From: Roseibacillus sp. | GTDB lineage: Bacteria > Verrucomicrobiota > Verrucomicrobiia > Verrucomicrobiales > Akkermansiaceae | NCBI GenBank assembly: GCA_965242925.1 | Contig: CBDEUM010000013.1 | Coordinates: 128,001-192,000 of the forward strand | Direction: 5' to 3' | DNA: 64,000 nucleotides | Shown: in pieces, positions 21,394 to 32,124 of the stretch | Layout of the letters: the number at the start of each line of letters is the position of its first letter | How positions within the stretch are numbered: position 1 is the stretch's first letter | Made by a program: the position numbers and the translations under genes | The notes under the pieces: generated by a model | Database searches by the model: none | Told to the model about the DNA's origin: nothing | The model's input: the letters and a program-made list of their open reading frames with translations, nothing else

Positions 21394-22821
21394 ATGACTC
21401 TCGAGAAACTCACCTCCCTTCAGGATCCCAATCCGAAATCGCCTCCTTCCGGCGGGAGACGGCTGCCCGCCGCTCTCCTTCCCATCGGCCTGCTCCTCGC
21501 CTTCATGGCGATCTTCGGGCTGATGTTCGGTTCACGGCTCCTTCCCGTCACCGAAGTGCGCACCGCCCCCGTCATTGCGCTCCGCATCGCTGCCGGAAAG
21601 AACGAGGTGCCGGGTTCCGATTCCTCCCTTCCGGCTCCATCCGGCCAGGGCAAACTCCTCTTCCAATCCTCCGGATGGGTCGAACCGGACCCCTACATCA
21701 TCAATGTCCCCACCCTCGTCAGCGGAGTGATCAGGGAGGTGCTGGTCCTGGAGGGCCAAAGCGTCAAGAAGAACGACGTTCTTGCCACCCTGATCGATGA
21801 TGACGCCAAACTAGACGTTCAGGAAGCCACCCACGCCATTGCCACTCTCGACGCCACCCAGGTCGCCCACTGCGCCCAGCTCCCGGTTCTCAATGCCGAG
21901 ATGCACGCCGTGCAGCAACGGATCAAATCCGAAAAGGCCCTGCACGCCGAACTGCTCGACACAGCCACCCGCCTGGCCTCGATCCCGCCGGGATCCGTAT
22001 CCGCCCAGGAGGTCCGTCAGGCACAGCTCAAGGTTGACGCCCAGAAGGCGGTCATCGACGAAACTACCGCAAACCTTGCCGGTGCGCTCGCCAAGATCAA
22101 CAAGGTGGATCTCGAACGGATCACGGTGAATGCAAGAATCAGGGCCGCTCAGACCGAACTCGCCCGCAGACAACTCGCCCTTGAGCGGACCGTGATCAAG
22201 GCTCCCATCGATGGCATTGTTCTCCATCTCCACGCCGCACCGGGAAAAAAACGAATGCTGGAGAGCGACGATCCCTCCAGCGCCCTCATCGTTGAGCTCT
22301 ACGAACCCGGGAAGTTGCAGGCCCGTATCGATGTCCCCCTCACGGAAGCCGCCTCTCTGCAGATCGGGCAGCCGGTCATTCTCACCACCGACCTCCTCCC
22401 CGACGTCAGGTTCAAGGGAGAAGTAACCCGCATCGTGGGCGAGGCCGACCTGCAGCGCAACACTCTCCAGACCAAGGTCCGCCTTCACGAGCCCGACGTC
22501 CGCCTGCGTCCTCAGATGCTGGTACGCGCCGAGTTCTACCCGGGTGGAAATGCCGATTCTGAAACCAGCCCCTCCAGTGACGGACCGCGCCTCGCCATCT
22601 TCGCGCCGGAGGAAGCCCTCTTCGATCGTTCGCAGAGCTCGGCCCGGGGCTGGATCGTCGAGGACGGCCGCGCGCGGCTTCGGACTCTCAAGGTGGGTTC
22701 CGAAAAGCGCGAGCAACACCTCCGGATCATCGACGGCCTTCGCCCCGGCGATCAGGTTATCCTGCCGCCCTTCGGGGACCTGGAGGAAAACCAGCGTGTC
22801 AGAATCACCAATCCCTCCTGA
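21394..22821 (+). CDS. Efflux periplasmic adaptor subunit (MacA/HlyD-like)
   Basis: N-terminal TM; SGWVEPDP, VSGVIREVLVLEGQSVKK, IKAPIDG, LRPQMLVRAEF, GLRPGDQVI. Confidence 0.88.
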   Translation: MTLEKLTSLQDPNPKSPPSGGRRLPAALLPIGLLLAFMAIFGLMFGSRLLPVTEVRTAPVIALRIAAGKNEVPGSDSSLPAPSGQGKLLFQSSGWVEPDPYIINVPTLVSGVIREVLVLEGQSVKKNDVLATLIDDDAKLDVQEATHAIATLDATQVAHCAQLPVLNAEMHAVQQRIKSEKALHAELLDTATRLASIPPGSVSAQEVRQAQLKVDAQKAVIDETTANLAGALAKINKVDLERITVNARIRAAQTELARRQLALERTVIKAPIDGIVLHLHAAPGKKRMLESDDPSSALIVELYEPGKLQARIDVPLTEAASLQIGQPVILTTDLLPDVRFKGEVTRIVGEADLQRNTLQTKVRLHEPDVRLRPQMLVRAEFYPGGNADSETSPSSDGPRLAIFAPEEALFDRSQSSARGWIVEDGRARLRTLKVGSEKREQHLRIIDGLRPGDQVILPPFGDLEENQRVRITNPS

Positions 22822-22853
22822 GGGCCAAGCTCGATCAACACCCCCGTTTTCAC

Positions 22854-23549
22854 GTGTCCACCTCCCTCATCCAGATCCGCAATCTGACCAAGTCCTTCCG
22901 CAAGGGCTCCAACCTCATCACGCCCCTGGAGAACCTGAGCCTCGACGTTTCCCGGGGCGAGTTTCTCGCCCTCATGGGACCATCCGGTTCCGGGAAGACC
23001 ACCCTGCTCAATCTCATCGCCGGCATTGACACTCCCAGCAGCGGGGAACTCATCATCGACGCACAGGACCTGGGGGCCCTTTCCCGTGCCGAACTCACGA
23101 GGTGGCGTTCCCTGCAGGTGGGCTATATTTTCCAGCTCTACCACCTCGTCCCGATCCTCTCCGCTTACGAGAACGTCGAACTTCCCCTGCTTCTGCAATC
23201 CCTCAGCCGCATCCAGCGCCGGACCCGGGTGGAAACCGCCCTTGAACTCGTGGGCCTCTCCGACCGGTCCCACCACCGGCCGGCCGAACTCTCCGGTGGC
23301 CAGGAACAACGTGTCGCCATCGCCCGGGCCATCGTGCACGATCCCGGACTCCTCGTGGCCGATGAACCCACGGGAGATCTGGACGGAGAATCCGCGGGCT
23401 CCGTACTCGACCTCCTCCGTTCCCTTTCCCGTGATCACGGCAAGACCATCGTGATGGTCACTCACGATCCCAGGGCCGCCGCGGTGGCGGACCGCACCCT
23501 CCACCTTGACAAGGGTCAACTCGTCACTCCCGAACCGGCACACAGATAA
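22854..23549 (+). CDS. ABC transporter ATP-binding protein (LolD/MacB-like)
   Basis: [37 protein letters not shown]. Confidence 0.93.
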   Translation: MSTSLIQIRNLTKSFRKGSNLITPLENLSLDVSRGEFLALMGPSGSGKTTLLNLIAGIDTPSSGELIIDAQDLGALSRAELTRWRSLQVGYIFQLYHLVPILSAYENVELPLLLQSLSRIQRRTRVETALELVGLSDRSHHRPAELSGGQEQRVAIARAIVHDPGLLVADEPTGDLDGESAGSVLDLLRSLSRDHGKTIVMVTHDPRAAAVADRTLHLDKGQLVTPEPAHR

Positions 23550-23565
23550 ACAGAATCCCGGTCCC

Positions 23566-24699
23566 ATGCTTTCCCTCGCTCTCAAGAACATCTTCCGCCA
23601 CCGCCTGCGTTCCTTCCTCACCATGGCAGGGGTGGCAGCCGGCATGTTTCTGTTCACCGCGGTGGAAACCATGCAGTATTCCCTGGCCCGGGTCACCAGG
23701 GCCGGGGCCGACGACACCACGCTGGTCGTCTACCGGGAAAACCGCTTCTGTCCCGCAACCTCCCGCCTCCCGGAACACTACCTCCCCACCATCGAAAAGA
23801 TCGAGGGCGTGCGCGAAGTCATTCCCATCCAGATCGCAGTCAACAACTGCGGGGCCAGCCTCGATGTCATCACCTTCCGCGGAGTCCCCGTCGAAACCCT
23901 GCGCAGGTACAACCCCGATCTGAGCATGGTCGCTGGTTCCTTCGAGAACTGGGCCAGACGCTCGGACGCCGCACTCGTGGGACAGACCTTCGCCCAACGC
24001 CGCGGACTCAGGACCGGCGACAGTTTTGAGGCGGTTGGCATCAACGTCCACGTCGCCGGCATCATCCAGTCGGAAGAGAGTCAGGACAACAACGTCGCCT
24101 ATGTCCACCTGCCCTTCCTTCAGCAGGCCTCCAACGTGGGACTGGGAACCGTCACCCAATTCAACGTCAAGGTCGATTCCGCCGATCTTCTCGACCCGGT
24201 GGCCCGGAAAATTGATGCCACCTTCCAGGCCGACTCACAGCCCACGGCCACCCGTCCGGAGAAGGCCTTCTTTGCCGAGACCGCCAAGCAGATGATCGAA
24301 CTCATCGGCTTCACCCACTGGCTCGGACTGGGAGCGGTGGCCGCCGTCCTGGGACTGGTTGCCAATGCCGTCCTGCTCATCGTGCGCGGCCGCGTCAGGG
24401 AAACCGCCGTCCTGCAGGCCCTCGGGTTTTCCCGGTTCCGCATCGCCAGCCTTGTCGCCACCGAGGGTCTGCTCCTCGGACTCATGGGTGGCGCCCTGGG
24501 AGTAGTCTCCGCCTTCCTCTTCCTGCATTGGCAATCCTACACCCTGGGCAATGAGGGTCTCACCCTCGCCATCACTCCGAGCCCGGCTGTCCTCCTCAAG
24601 GGTCTCCTGGTCGCATTTGTCCTCGGCCTGGGCGCCTCTCTCTACCCCGCCTGGCGCGCCTCCCGCCAACCCCTCGTCGAATCCCTCAACACTGCCTGA
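23566..24699 (+). CDS. ABC transporter permease (MacB/FtsX-like)
   Basis: KNIFRHRLRSFLT, RVRETAVLQALGF, SLYPAWRASR. Confidence 0.88.
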   Translation: MLSLALKNIFRHRLRSFLTMAGVAAGMFLFTAVETMQYSLARVTRAGADDTTLVVYRENRFCPATSRLPEHYLPTIEKIEGVREVIPIQIAVNNCGASLDVITFRGVPVETLRRYNPDLSMVAGSFENWARRSDAALVGQTFAQRRGLRTGDSFEAVGINVHVAGIIQSEESQDNNVAYVHLPFLQQASNVGLGTVTQFNVKVDSADLLDPVARKIDATFQADSQPTATRPEKAFFAETAKQMIELIGFTHWLGLGAVAAVLGLVANAVLLIVRGRVRETAVLQALGFSRFRIASLVATEGLLLGLMGGALGVVSAFLFLHWQSYTLGNEGLTLAITPSPAVLLKGLLVAFVLGLGASLYPAWRASRQPLVESLNTA

Positions 24700-24733
24700 C
24701 CCCTGAAACTCCAGCCCTGACTGGCTTCTCCCC

Positions 24734-25882
24734 ATGCTCCCCATCACCTACGCCATCCGGAATCTCTTCCGCGACCCTGGCCGCCTCTTCCAGACGGTGG
24801 CCGGCAGCGCGTTGGTGGTCCTCCTCGTGATTGCGGCCATCGCCCTCAATCATGGCATGGAAGAGGTGCTGCAGACTTCCGGGTCGAGTACGAACGTGAT
24901 TCTGGTGGGAGCGGGCAGCGAGGAGAGCGTGGAACGCTCTGAAGTCCATCTCGATGCGGAAGCCGCCGCCGCCACCGCCGTCCCCGGCCTGGCTCGTCCT
25001 CTCGGCAGCACCGCTGCCTCCGGCGAGATTGTCTACATGGCACCCCTCAAACTCGCGGGGGGGCAGGAGCAGCCTTCCCTCCTCCGTGGCGTCACTGAAA
25101 AGGCTCTCCTGGTCCACAACCGCGTGCGTCTTCTTGAAGGCTCGTTTCCACGACCCGGAGAGGTGATGGTGGGGCGTCTTCTGCACCGGCGCTTCGGGGT
25201 TCCGTCCCACGATCTTGCCCCCGGCAAACGCCTCTCCTTCGGCCGGACTGCATTCACGATCTCCGGTGTCTTCGAGGCCTCCGGGACCGTCCTCGAATCG
25301 GAAGCCTGGTTCGACCGCAACGACCTTTCCACCCTCACCCAGCGCGACACGCTGTCCGCCATCTATCTTCGCCTCGACGACGCCGAATTCGACGATGTCC
25401 ACGTCTTCACCCTCCAGCGGAACGATCTCGAACTCTCTGCCATCCGGGAGGATCTCTACTACGAGAAACTGAGCGTCTTTTACGCTCCCATCCGGGCCAT
25501 GATCTGGATCACCACCGCTCTCGTCGGGGCGGGCGCCCTCTTTGGAGGACTCAATACCCTCTACGCCGCCTTCGCCTCACGCATCCGCGAGATGGCCACC
25601 CTGCAATGCCTCGGCTACACCCGGCGCGCCCTCCTTCTCTCCTTCATCCAGGAGTCTCTCCTCGCCACCCTCAGCGGCTCCCTGATCGCCTTCACCCTGG
25701 CGCTGGTTCTCCTGGATGGCCGCAGCATCCCCTTCTCCCTGGGCACCTTCACCATCGAACTCACTCCCGCCATCATTCTCGCCGGGCTCGCCACCGGGGT
25801 GGGCCTTGGAACGCTCGGCACGCTCCCCCCCGCGCTGCGGTGTCTCAAGCCCTCCCTGCCCGTTGCTCTCCGCTCCTCCTGA
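24734..25882 (+). CDS. ABC transporter permease (MacB/FtsX-like)
   Basis: YAIRNLFR, RIREMATLQCLGY, four-TM FtsX layout. Confidence 0.88.
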   Translation: MLPITYAIRNLFRDPGRLFQTVAGSALVVLLVIAAIALNHGMEEVLQTSGSSTNVILVGAGSEESVERSEVHLDAEAAAATAVPGLARPLGSTAASGEIVYMAPLKLAGGQEQPSLLRGVTEKALLVHNRVRLLEGSFPRPGEVMVGRLLHRRFGVPSHDLAPGKRLSFGRTAFTISGVFEASGTVLESEAWFDRNDLSTLTQRDTLSAIYLRLDDAEFDDVHVFTLQRNDLELSAIREDLYYEKLSVFYAPIRAMIWITTALVGAGALFGGLNTLYAAFASRIREMATLQCLGYTRRALLLSFIQESLLATLSGSLIAFTLALVLLDGRSIPFSLGTFTIELTPAIILAGLATGVGLGTLGTLPPALRCLKPSLPVALRSS

Positions 25883-25893
25883 CCCTCAGCCCC

Positions 25894-26973
25894 ATGGCCT
25901 CCTGCTGCTCCAAATCCGAACCCGAACAACCGGACCAGTCCCCCTGCTGCGCCCCCGGGCGGAAGATCGACTGGCTCTTCTGGACCTGCCTGGTGGTGGT
26001 CGCTGGAGCCTACCTTGCTCAGTTGTTCTTCCACCGCTCCCTCGCCGGCTCCCGCCTTGGTGACTTCACCCACGGCGCCTTCGAAATGACGAACAGGATG
26101 TGGTGGGGCATCCTCTTCGGCGTCGGCGCGATGGGCCTGATCGGGATGATCCCGCGCGAGTTCATCACCGCCATCCTCGGGCCGGGCGGACGATTCTCCG
26201 GCATCCTCCGCGCCTGCGGGGCCGGACTCCTCCTCGACCTCTGCAACCACGGCATCCTGATGGTGGGCATGAAACTCTATGAACGGGGTGCCTCTCTCGG
26301 CCAGGTCTTCGCCTTCCTCATCGCCAGCCCCTGGAACTCCCTTTCCACCACTCTCATTCTCATCGCCCTCATCGGCCTCCCGTGGACGCTCACCATCATC
26401 GCCCTTTCCGCCGTGATCGGCATAACCACCGGGCTCATCACCGAGTTTCTTGTGCGGATCGGCTCCCTTGCTCCCAACCCCCACCAAAAGGATCTGCCCC
26501 CCGACTTTCAGTTCTGGCCGACTGCCAGGCATCGTTACGCAGCGGCCACTTTTGACCGCGCCTTCTTCCGGGATCACACCAGGCGGGCCCTGGCGGAATC
26601 CCGCATGATCGTACGCTGGATCCTTCTGGGCGTCGTTCTCGTCGCAGTCCTCCGGGCCATCTTTGATCCCTCGACTTTTGCCCAGTGGTTTGGTCCTACG
26701 GTGGCCGGACTCGCTCTCACCTTCCTCGCCGCCACTGTCATTGAGGTCTGCTCCGAAGGCTCCAGCCCCCTGGCCGCCGATCTTCTCACCAGGGCAGGGG
26801 CCCCCGGGAACGGCTTCGCCTTTCTCATGGCGGGCGCAGCCACCGATTACACCGAAGTCCTGGCCCTCCGCGAGACTACCAGGTCCTGGAAGCTCGCCCT
26901 CGCCCTTCCCCTGCTGGCCTCTCCCCAGATCCTGATCATCGCCTGGCTCCTCAACCAACCGCTGCCTCTCTAG
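25894..26973 (+). CDS. DUF318/ArsP-family permease
   Basis: Cys-rich N-terminus (MASCC...PCC); LLLDLCNHG, AFLIASPW, EVCSEGS, AFLMAGAATD. Confidence 0.8.
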   Translation: MASCCSKSEPEQPDQSPCCAPGRKIDWLFWTCLVVVAGAYLAQLFFHRSLAGSRLGDFTHGAFEMTNRMWWGILFGVGAMGLIGMIPREFITAILGPGGRFSGILRACGAGLLLDLCNHGILMVGMKLYERGASLGQVFAFLIASPWNSLSTTLILIALIGLPWTLTIIALSAVIGITTGLITEFLVRIGSLAPNPHQKDLPPDFQFWPTARHRYAAATFDRAFFRDHTRRALAESRMIVRWILLGVVLVAVLRAIFDPSTFAQWFGPTVAGLALTFLAATVIEVCSEGSSPLAADLLTRAGAPGNGFAFLMAGAATDYTEVLALRETTRSWKLALALPLLASPQILIIAWLLNQPLPL

Positions 26974-27011
26974 GCAGTTCCAACAAAACCTCCCAATTCA
27001 ACCAAAGCGAC

Positions 27012-27593
27012 ATGACCATGAAATCCAATTCCCTCCTCCTCACCATCCCACTCTCCCTCGCCCTGATATCCTGCGACAGCAGCAACAGGGATGCAGACAA
27101 GGACAAGAGTCCGGACGACTCCGCTCCGCATGCCCTCTCCGCGGTTCTTCTCACCGAACCCCCGGAGGATGCAGTTACCATCACGGAAGCTCGTCAAAAC
27201 CCGGCCCCCGGAACCAAGGTCATCCTCTCCGGCAAGGTGATGGGCAACGAGAACCCGATCATCAAGTCCCGCGCTCTCCTGACTCTCGGGGACCCTGCCA
27301 AGATAACCTCCTGTGACCTGGTTCCCGGCGACGAATGCCCAACCCCCTGGGATGTCTGCTGTGACGACCCGGATGTGGTTACCGCCAGCATCGCCACCAT
27401 CCAGGTCCTCGACGAACAGGGCAAGCCACTCAAGGCCGGGTTGCGGGGACTCGGCGGCCTGAAGGAACTCAGCTCCCTTGTCGTGGTGGGCGAGGTGGCG
27501 GAGGGATCCAGCGAAAACAATTTCCTGATCAACGCCACCGGCATCCACGTTGCCATGGCGGAAGCTACGAAGGAAAACGCGGCCAAACAGTGA
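27012..27593 (+). CDS. Cys-cluster lipoprotein of unknown function (OB-fold-like)
   Basis: Lipobox LISC; SCDLVPGDECPTPWDVCCD. Confidence 0.75.
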   Translation: MTMKSNSLLLTIPLSLALISCDSSNRDADKDKSPDDSAPHALSAVLLTEPPEDAVTITEARQNPAPGTKVILSGKVMGNENPIIKSRALLTLGDPAKITSCDLVPGDECPTPWDVCCDDPDVVTASIATIQVLDEQGKPLKAGLRGLGGLKELSSLVVVGEVAEGSSENNFLINATGIHVAMAEATKENAAKQ

Positions 27594-28955
27594 TCAGGAC
27601 CCCCTCCATCCTCGCGCTTGTTTCTGCGCTTCTCGTCTCCTGTGCGCAACACCGTGCCCGGCAACAGCCCCGGGAGGTGTTCCAGCGCGGAGAGGAGTGG
27701 AAGCATGCGCCCTCCTGGGCCAGTGCCTCCCTGCGTCAGGATTGGTGGAAGTCCTTCCGCGACTCCCGGCTCAATTCCCACCTCGTCACCTCGCTCGCCC
27801 ACAATCCCGGGCTCCGCGTCCTGAGCACCCGCCTGGAACGTGCCCGCGCCCAGACCGGGCAGGCTCGCGCCGCGGCCTGGCCGTCCATCAATCTCAGCAG
27901 TGGCCTCGTCTTCGGCAACGAACAAACGCGCATGACGCGGTTCTCGCCCACCGATCTCGAACCATGGGCCAGCACGGGATCCGTTTCATGGGAACTTGAT
28001 CTCTTTGGGCGGCTCCACGCCGGCACGCGATCCGCCCGGGAAGCCGAGCAGGCCGCCTTCTGGGATCTCCACGCCGGCCGCCTGCTCGTGGCCACCCGGG
28101 TGGTCGACGCTCACTTCCGCGCCCTCCGTCTTAACGAAGAGCGTTCCCTGATCGCCGATTCCATTGCTGCCAACAGGAAAATCGTGGAAGTCCGGCGGGA
28201 GAGAAAAAAGGCCGGCCTGCTCTCCGATACCGAACTGCTCCGGCACGAAGCCGAACACGAAAGTCTCACGCGTACCCTTCTCGATCTTGACCGCTTGCGT
28301 GGCCTCGCGCACCTGCAACTCGAGACCCTCTGCGGTGGGAAGCTCCCTGCCCCGCACCTCCAGCCGCCTCGCTGCCATCCGCACCCCCCCCCTGCCCATG
28401 CGCACCACCTCCGCGGTCATGACCAGACGCCCCGATCTTCTGGCAGCGGAATCCCGGGTACGCTCGGCCTTTCAGCTCGAGGAATCGGCCCGCCTGCACC
28501 TTCTGCCTTCCCTCACTCTCGGCGCGGGAGCAAGTGGCGAAAGCGCCTCCCTCCTCTCCGGGTTCCGCGAGTGGACAGCCTCCGTCGGTCCCCAGCTCGA
28601 CATTCCCATTTATGATCCCCGGCGTCTCGCCTCGGTGGATGTGCGCCGTGCCGCGACCGACGAGGCCGCGGCGCTCTACCGCCGCAAGGCCCTTCTTGCC
28701 TTCCAGGAGGTGGAAGGATCCTACCTCAACCTGGCCAGCCGACACCGCCAGCTGCAGATTGCCCAACGTGAAGTGACGGCCCTTGAAAAGGTGCGCGAAA
28801 ACACCCTGGCCACCTTTGATAATGGCATTGTCTCTCTCATCGAACTCCTCGAAAGCGAGAGGCGCAGTCTTGAGGGAAAACGACAGAGACTGGCCCTCCG
28901 GCACGCTCTCCTGAGGGATCATCTCGCCCTCATTCGCGCCCTCGGAGGGGGCTAA
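27590..28955 (+). CDS. Outer-membrane efflux protein (TolC/NodT family), frameshift near 28340
   Basis: Lipobox LVSC, DWWKSFRD..L, SWELDLFGR in frame 1; RRPDLLAAE, AFQEVE, LIRALGGG in frame 2. Confidence 0.82.
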
Positions 28956-29036
28956 GACCCCCGCAAATCCCCATGTATTTCCCCGCAATCAGGATTTCCC
29001 CACCCCCTCACACCGCGTTGCGCGGCGGAAATCCCC

Positions 29037-29065
29037 TTGTCGAAAGGAAACTCCAAAAGTATGTT
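29037..29065 (+). promoter_or_regulatory. Sigma70-like promoter
   Basis: TTGTCG-N17-TATGTT, 6 nt before GTG 29072 (leaderless). Confidence 0.5.
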
Positions 29066-29071
29066 GGAGAC

Positions 29072-29512
29072 GTGCGCCGCGTGGCCAACACCCTCCTCCT
29101 CTTCTTCCTCTCGACCGGGTTACTCCTGCCGAACACCCCGGCGCGGGCTCACGAAGTGACCTGTCACGGCGACGATTGCACAACCCATCTGATCATTGAT
29201 CACCACGAGGTCACCCCTCCCGCCGAGTGTCCCTGCGACCATGATCACGACCCTGCTCCCGGGGAGGACATTCCCCTCGACCACGAGGGGACCAGCCCTC
29301 AGGACCAGCACGAGGAGGATGACTGCCCTCTCCACGGTCACGAACATCATCATCATAACTGCGTGTGCACGGCAGTGAGCGCCTTTGGCATCATGGACGA
29401 GCATGCCCTCGCCCTGCATCCTCCCTTTACAGCTCATCTTATCGCTGGGGGAGAGCCAATTTTTATTCCGGACCCACCGGTCAGCCTGCTTGACCGGCCT
29501 CCCTGCCACTAG
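29072..29512 (+). CDS. Small exported His/Cys-rich protein (CzcI/DUF2946-like leader)
   Basis: Signal peptide ending ARA; CHGDDC, CPCDHDH, HGHEHHHHNCVC; C-terminal DRPPCH; directly upstream of czcCBA-like genes. Confidence 0.65.
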   Translation: MRRVANTLLLFFLSTGLLLPNTPARAHEVTCHGDDCTTHLIIDHHEVTPPAECPCDHDHDPAPGEDIPLDHEGTSPQDQHEEDDCPLHGHEHHHHNCVCTAVSAFGIMDEHALALHPPFTAHLIAGGEPIFIPDPPVSLLDRPPCH

Positions 29513-29681
29513 CGGACCCCGGTCCGCCAGGCCTCCCACATGCGGCACGATTGCTTGCCGGGATGCCTCTCTTCTTCCGTCCCGCACGGCGCCTGCGGAC
29601 TGACCGGGAATGCACCCTCCACTCTTCGACCTCCCGGAGTTTCTCCGGTATCGCTCTATTTCCATTTCAACCTTCGTCCTC

Positions 29682-30918
29682 ATGAACAGACTCTTCCTCC
29701 TCACGATCACCGCCGTCGCCCTGACGGTCTCCGGACTTGTCCCCGCCCGGGGGGCCTCCTCCGGCCTGATCGTGACCTTCGACAACATTCCTCACCGTGT
29801 CCGCCGCGACAATCCGCACCTCGCCGCAGCCCGTCTGCGTATCCAGGAGGCCATCGGTCGCATGCAGCAGGCCGGACGCCGCAGCAATCCCCAGCTGGAA
29901 GGCGGCTTTGCACGAAACGGAACACGCGAGGGCTCCGTCGAGATCTGCCCTCTCCCAGCGCTTTCCCATCACCAACCGCCTCCAGCTCGAAAAGAACATC
30001 TCCGCCATAGAACTGAAGGCTGCCGAAGCCGAAGTAAGGGAGGTGGAGCGCCTGCTGGTCGGCAGGGCCCGCCACGCGCTGGTCGAAGTCCTCACCTTCC
30101 GGCAACGACGATCCCTCCTCAGGCAACAGGCCGCGGTTTCCGCCAAACTGGCCGAATTCATCAAGCAAGCCGCCGAGAAGGGAGAGGAATCTCCCATCGA
30201 TGCGGGTCAGGCCAGGCTGGAAGCGGCCCGCTTCTCCAACGAGATCCGGCAACTGCAGGCCACTGAGACCGCCGCCATCGCAACAATCAAGCCTCTCCTC
30301 GGCATGAACGTCGGTGATGTCCTCAATGTCAGTGGCTCTCTCCCCAAGGCCATCCTGCCTCCCCCTTCCCTCTCGCCCGACCGGCGTCCTGATTACCAGG
30401 CTGCCCAGCTCGCCGCACATGCGGCTGCCAAGAACATCGAACTGGAAAAGGCGCGGCGCTACGAAGACATCGAAGCCGGCCTGGCCGCTGGACTGGAACG
30501 CAGTGAAGACGTCCCCGAAGGGTTCGAGAACGAAGCCGTTGTCGGTCTACGCTTCAAACTGGCCCTCCCTTTCTGGAACAGAAATGAGGGCAATATCTGG
30601 ACTGCCCAGGCCCGGGCCACCCGCAAGGAGAAGGAGAGCGTCGCACTCGCCCACCGTATTCGACACGAGGCCCACGGCAGTCACAGGGAAATGGCGGAGT
30701 GGATCAAGATATTGCAGGAGATCACCGGCAACCTCCTTCCCCTCGCCGCTGAGCAGGCCCAGGCCGCTGAATCCGCCTATCGCGAGGGATTGGCGGACCT
30801 CCCCACCGTGCTACGGGCTCGGGAACAGGAACTCAAGCTGGCCGACTCCCGCATCGAGGCCCTCCGTAGTTTTCACCTCGCCCGCATCCGCTTCGAAACC
30901 GCCATCGCCAGACCCTGA
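29682..30918 (+). CDS. czcC: CzcC-like TolC-family outer-membrane protein, frameshift near 29945
   Basis: Signal peptide and NPHLAAAR in frame 1; LSQRFP, RRPDYQAA, LPFWNRNEG in frame 2. Confidence 0.75.
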
Positions 30919-30930
30919 CCCCACGCCATC

Positions 30931-32091
30931 ATGAAGAGCCGAGCATTACTTTCCCTGGCCACGCTCATGCTGCCCCTTGCCGCAGCCCAGGAAGAACACG
31001 GACCGGCGGAGGATCTTTTCCGTATCCGTCTGGACGAATCCGGTATCCAGAACCTGCGTATCGAAACGGTCGCGGCCGAGGAACGGGACTTTGAGACCAC
31101 TGTCTTTGCCATTGGCCGGATCGAAGAGATCCCCTCCCGGCACTCCGTTCTCTCCTCCCGCATCCCCGGACGGGTGGTCGAACTCAATGCCTTCGTAGGA
31201 GATCAGGTCGAAGCCGGCCAGATTATCGCCCGGATCGAGAGCCGCCAACCGGGAAACCCGCCCCCCACCATCCCGCTCAAGGCCCCCCAGTCCGGCCTCG
31301 TCATCAGCTCCCACGTGCGGATCGGCGAACCAGTGGAGCCGGACAGGGAACTGCTCGATATCTCTGATCGTAGCACCATGTGGGCGGTGGCCAAGGTGCC
31401 GGAGAACGCAGCTGCCCAGGTAAAGCCCGGGAGCAAGGCGCGCCTTCGCATCCCCGCCCTCGGAGATGAGATCCTTCCTGTTACCATGCTGCGCTACGGC
31501 ACCAGCGCCGACCGTCAAGCCGGGACCCTCGAGGCCATCTTCGAAATCGAAAACAAGGAGAAGAAGCTGCAGCCGGGAATGCGGGCCGAGTTTTCCCTCA
31601 TCATCAGTTCGCGACCGTCCGTGCTCGCCATCCCGCGAACAGCGGTCCAAGGCCCTCCGACCAAACGCGTGGTCTTCATCGAGGACTTCGATCTCGACAA
31701 CGTATACGTCCGCGGCCCCGTCGTCCTGGGCGAACAGAACGATCAGTACGTCGAAGTCATCAATGGCCTTTTCCCGCAGGACAAGGTCGTCACCCGCGGA
31801 GCCTACTCGCTCAGCTTCGCCACCGAAGATGGTATGTCCCTGAAGGAGTATCTTGATACCTCCCACGGTCACGAACACAACGAGGATGGTTCAGAGCTGA
31901 CCGGGGAGCAGAAGGCGGCCCAGTCCACGGAAGTCCGGGGGGATCACGACCACGGGGCTGATCACTCCCATCCCTCGATCTATCTCAGGATCTATGCCGG
32001 GATGATCACCCTTCTGTTCATCGCCACCGCTCAACTTCTCTGGCGCGCACGGAAGAAAAATGGTCCGCACCCCACGCCCGTCACACCCTGA
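30931..32091 (+). CDS. czcB: CzcB/CusB-like RND periplasmic adaptor with His-rich C-terminal extension and TM segment
   Basis: SRIPGRV, LKAPQSG, LQPGMRAEF, GL..DKVVTRGAYSL; HGHEHNEDG...DHDHGADHSH followed by a hydrophobic helix. Confidence 0.8.
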   Translation: MKSRALLSLATLMLPLAAAQEEHGPAEDLFRIRLDESGIQNLRIETVAAEERDFETTVFAIGRIEEIPSRHSVLSSRIPGRVVELNAFVGDQVEAGQIIARIESRQPGNPPPTIPLKAPQSGLVISSHVRIGEPVEPDRELLDISDRSTMWAVAKVPENAAAQVKPGSKARLRIPALGDEILPVTMLRYGTSADRQAGTLEAIFEIENKEKKLQPGMRAEFSLIISSRPSVLAIPRTAVQGPPTKRVVFIEDFDLDNVYVRGPVVLGEQNDQYVEVINGLFPQDKVVTRGAYSLSFATEDGMSLKEYLDTSHGHEHNEDGSELTGEQKAAQSTEVRGDHDHGADHSHPSIYLRIYAGMITLLFIATAQLLWRARKKNGPHPTPVTP

Positions 32092-32124
32092 CTTCACGCG
32101 ATAGGGAACCGACCAATCCTCCCC

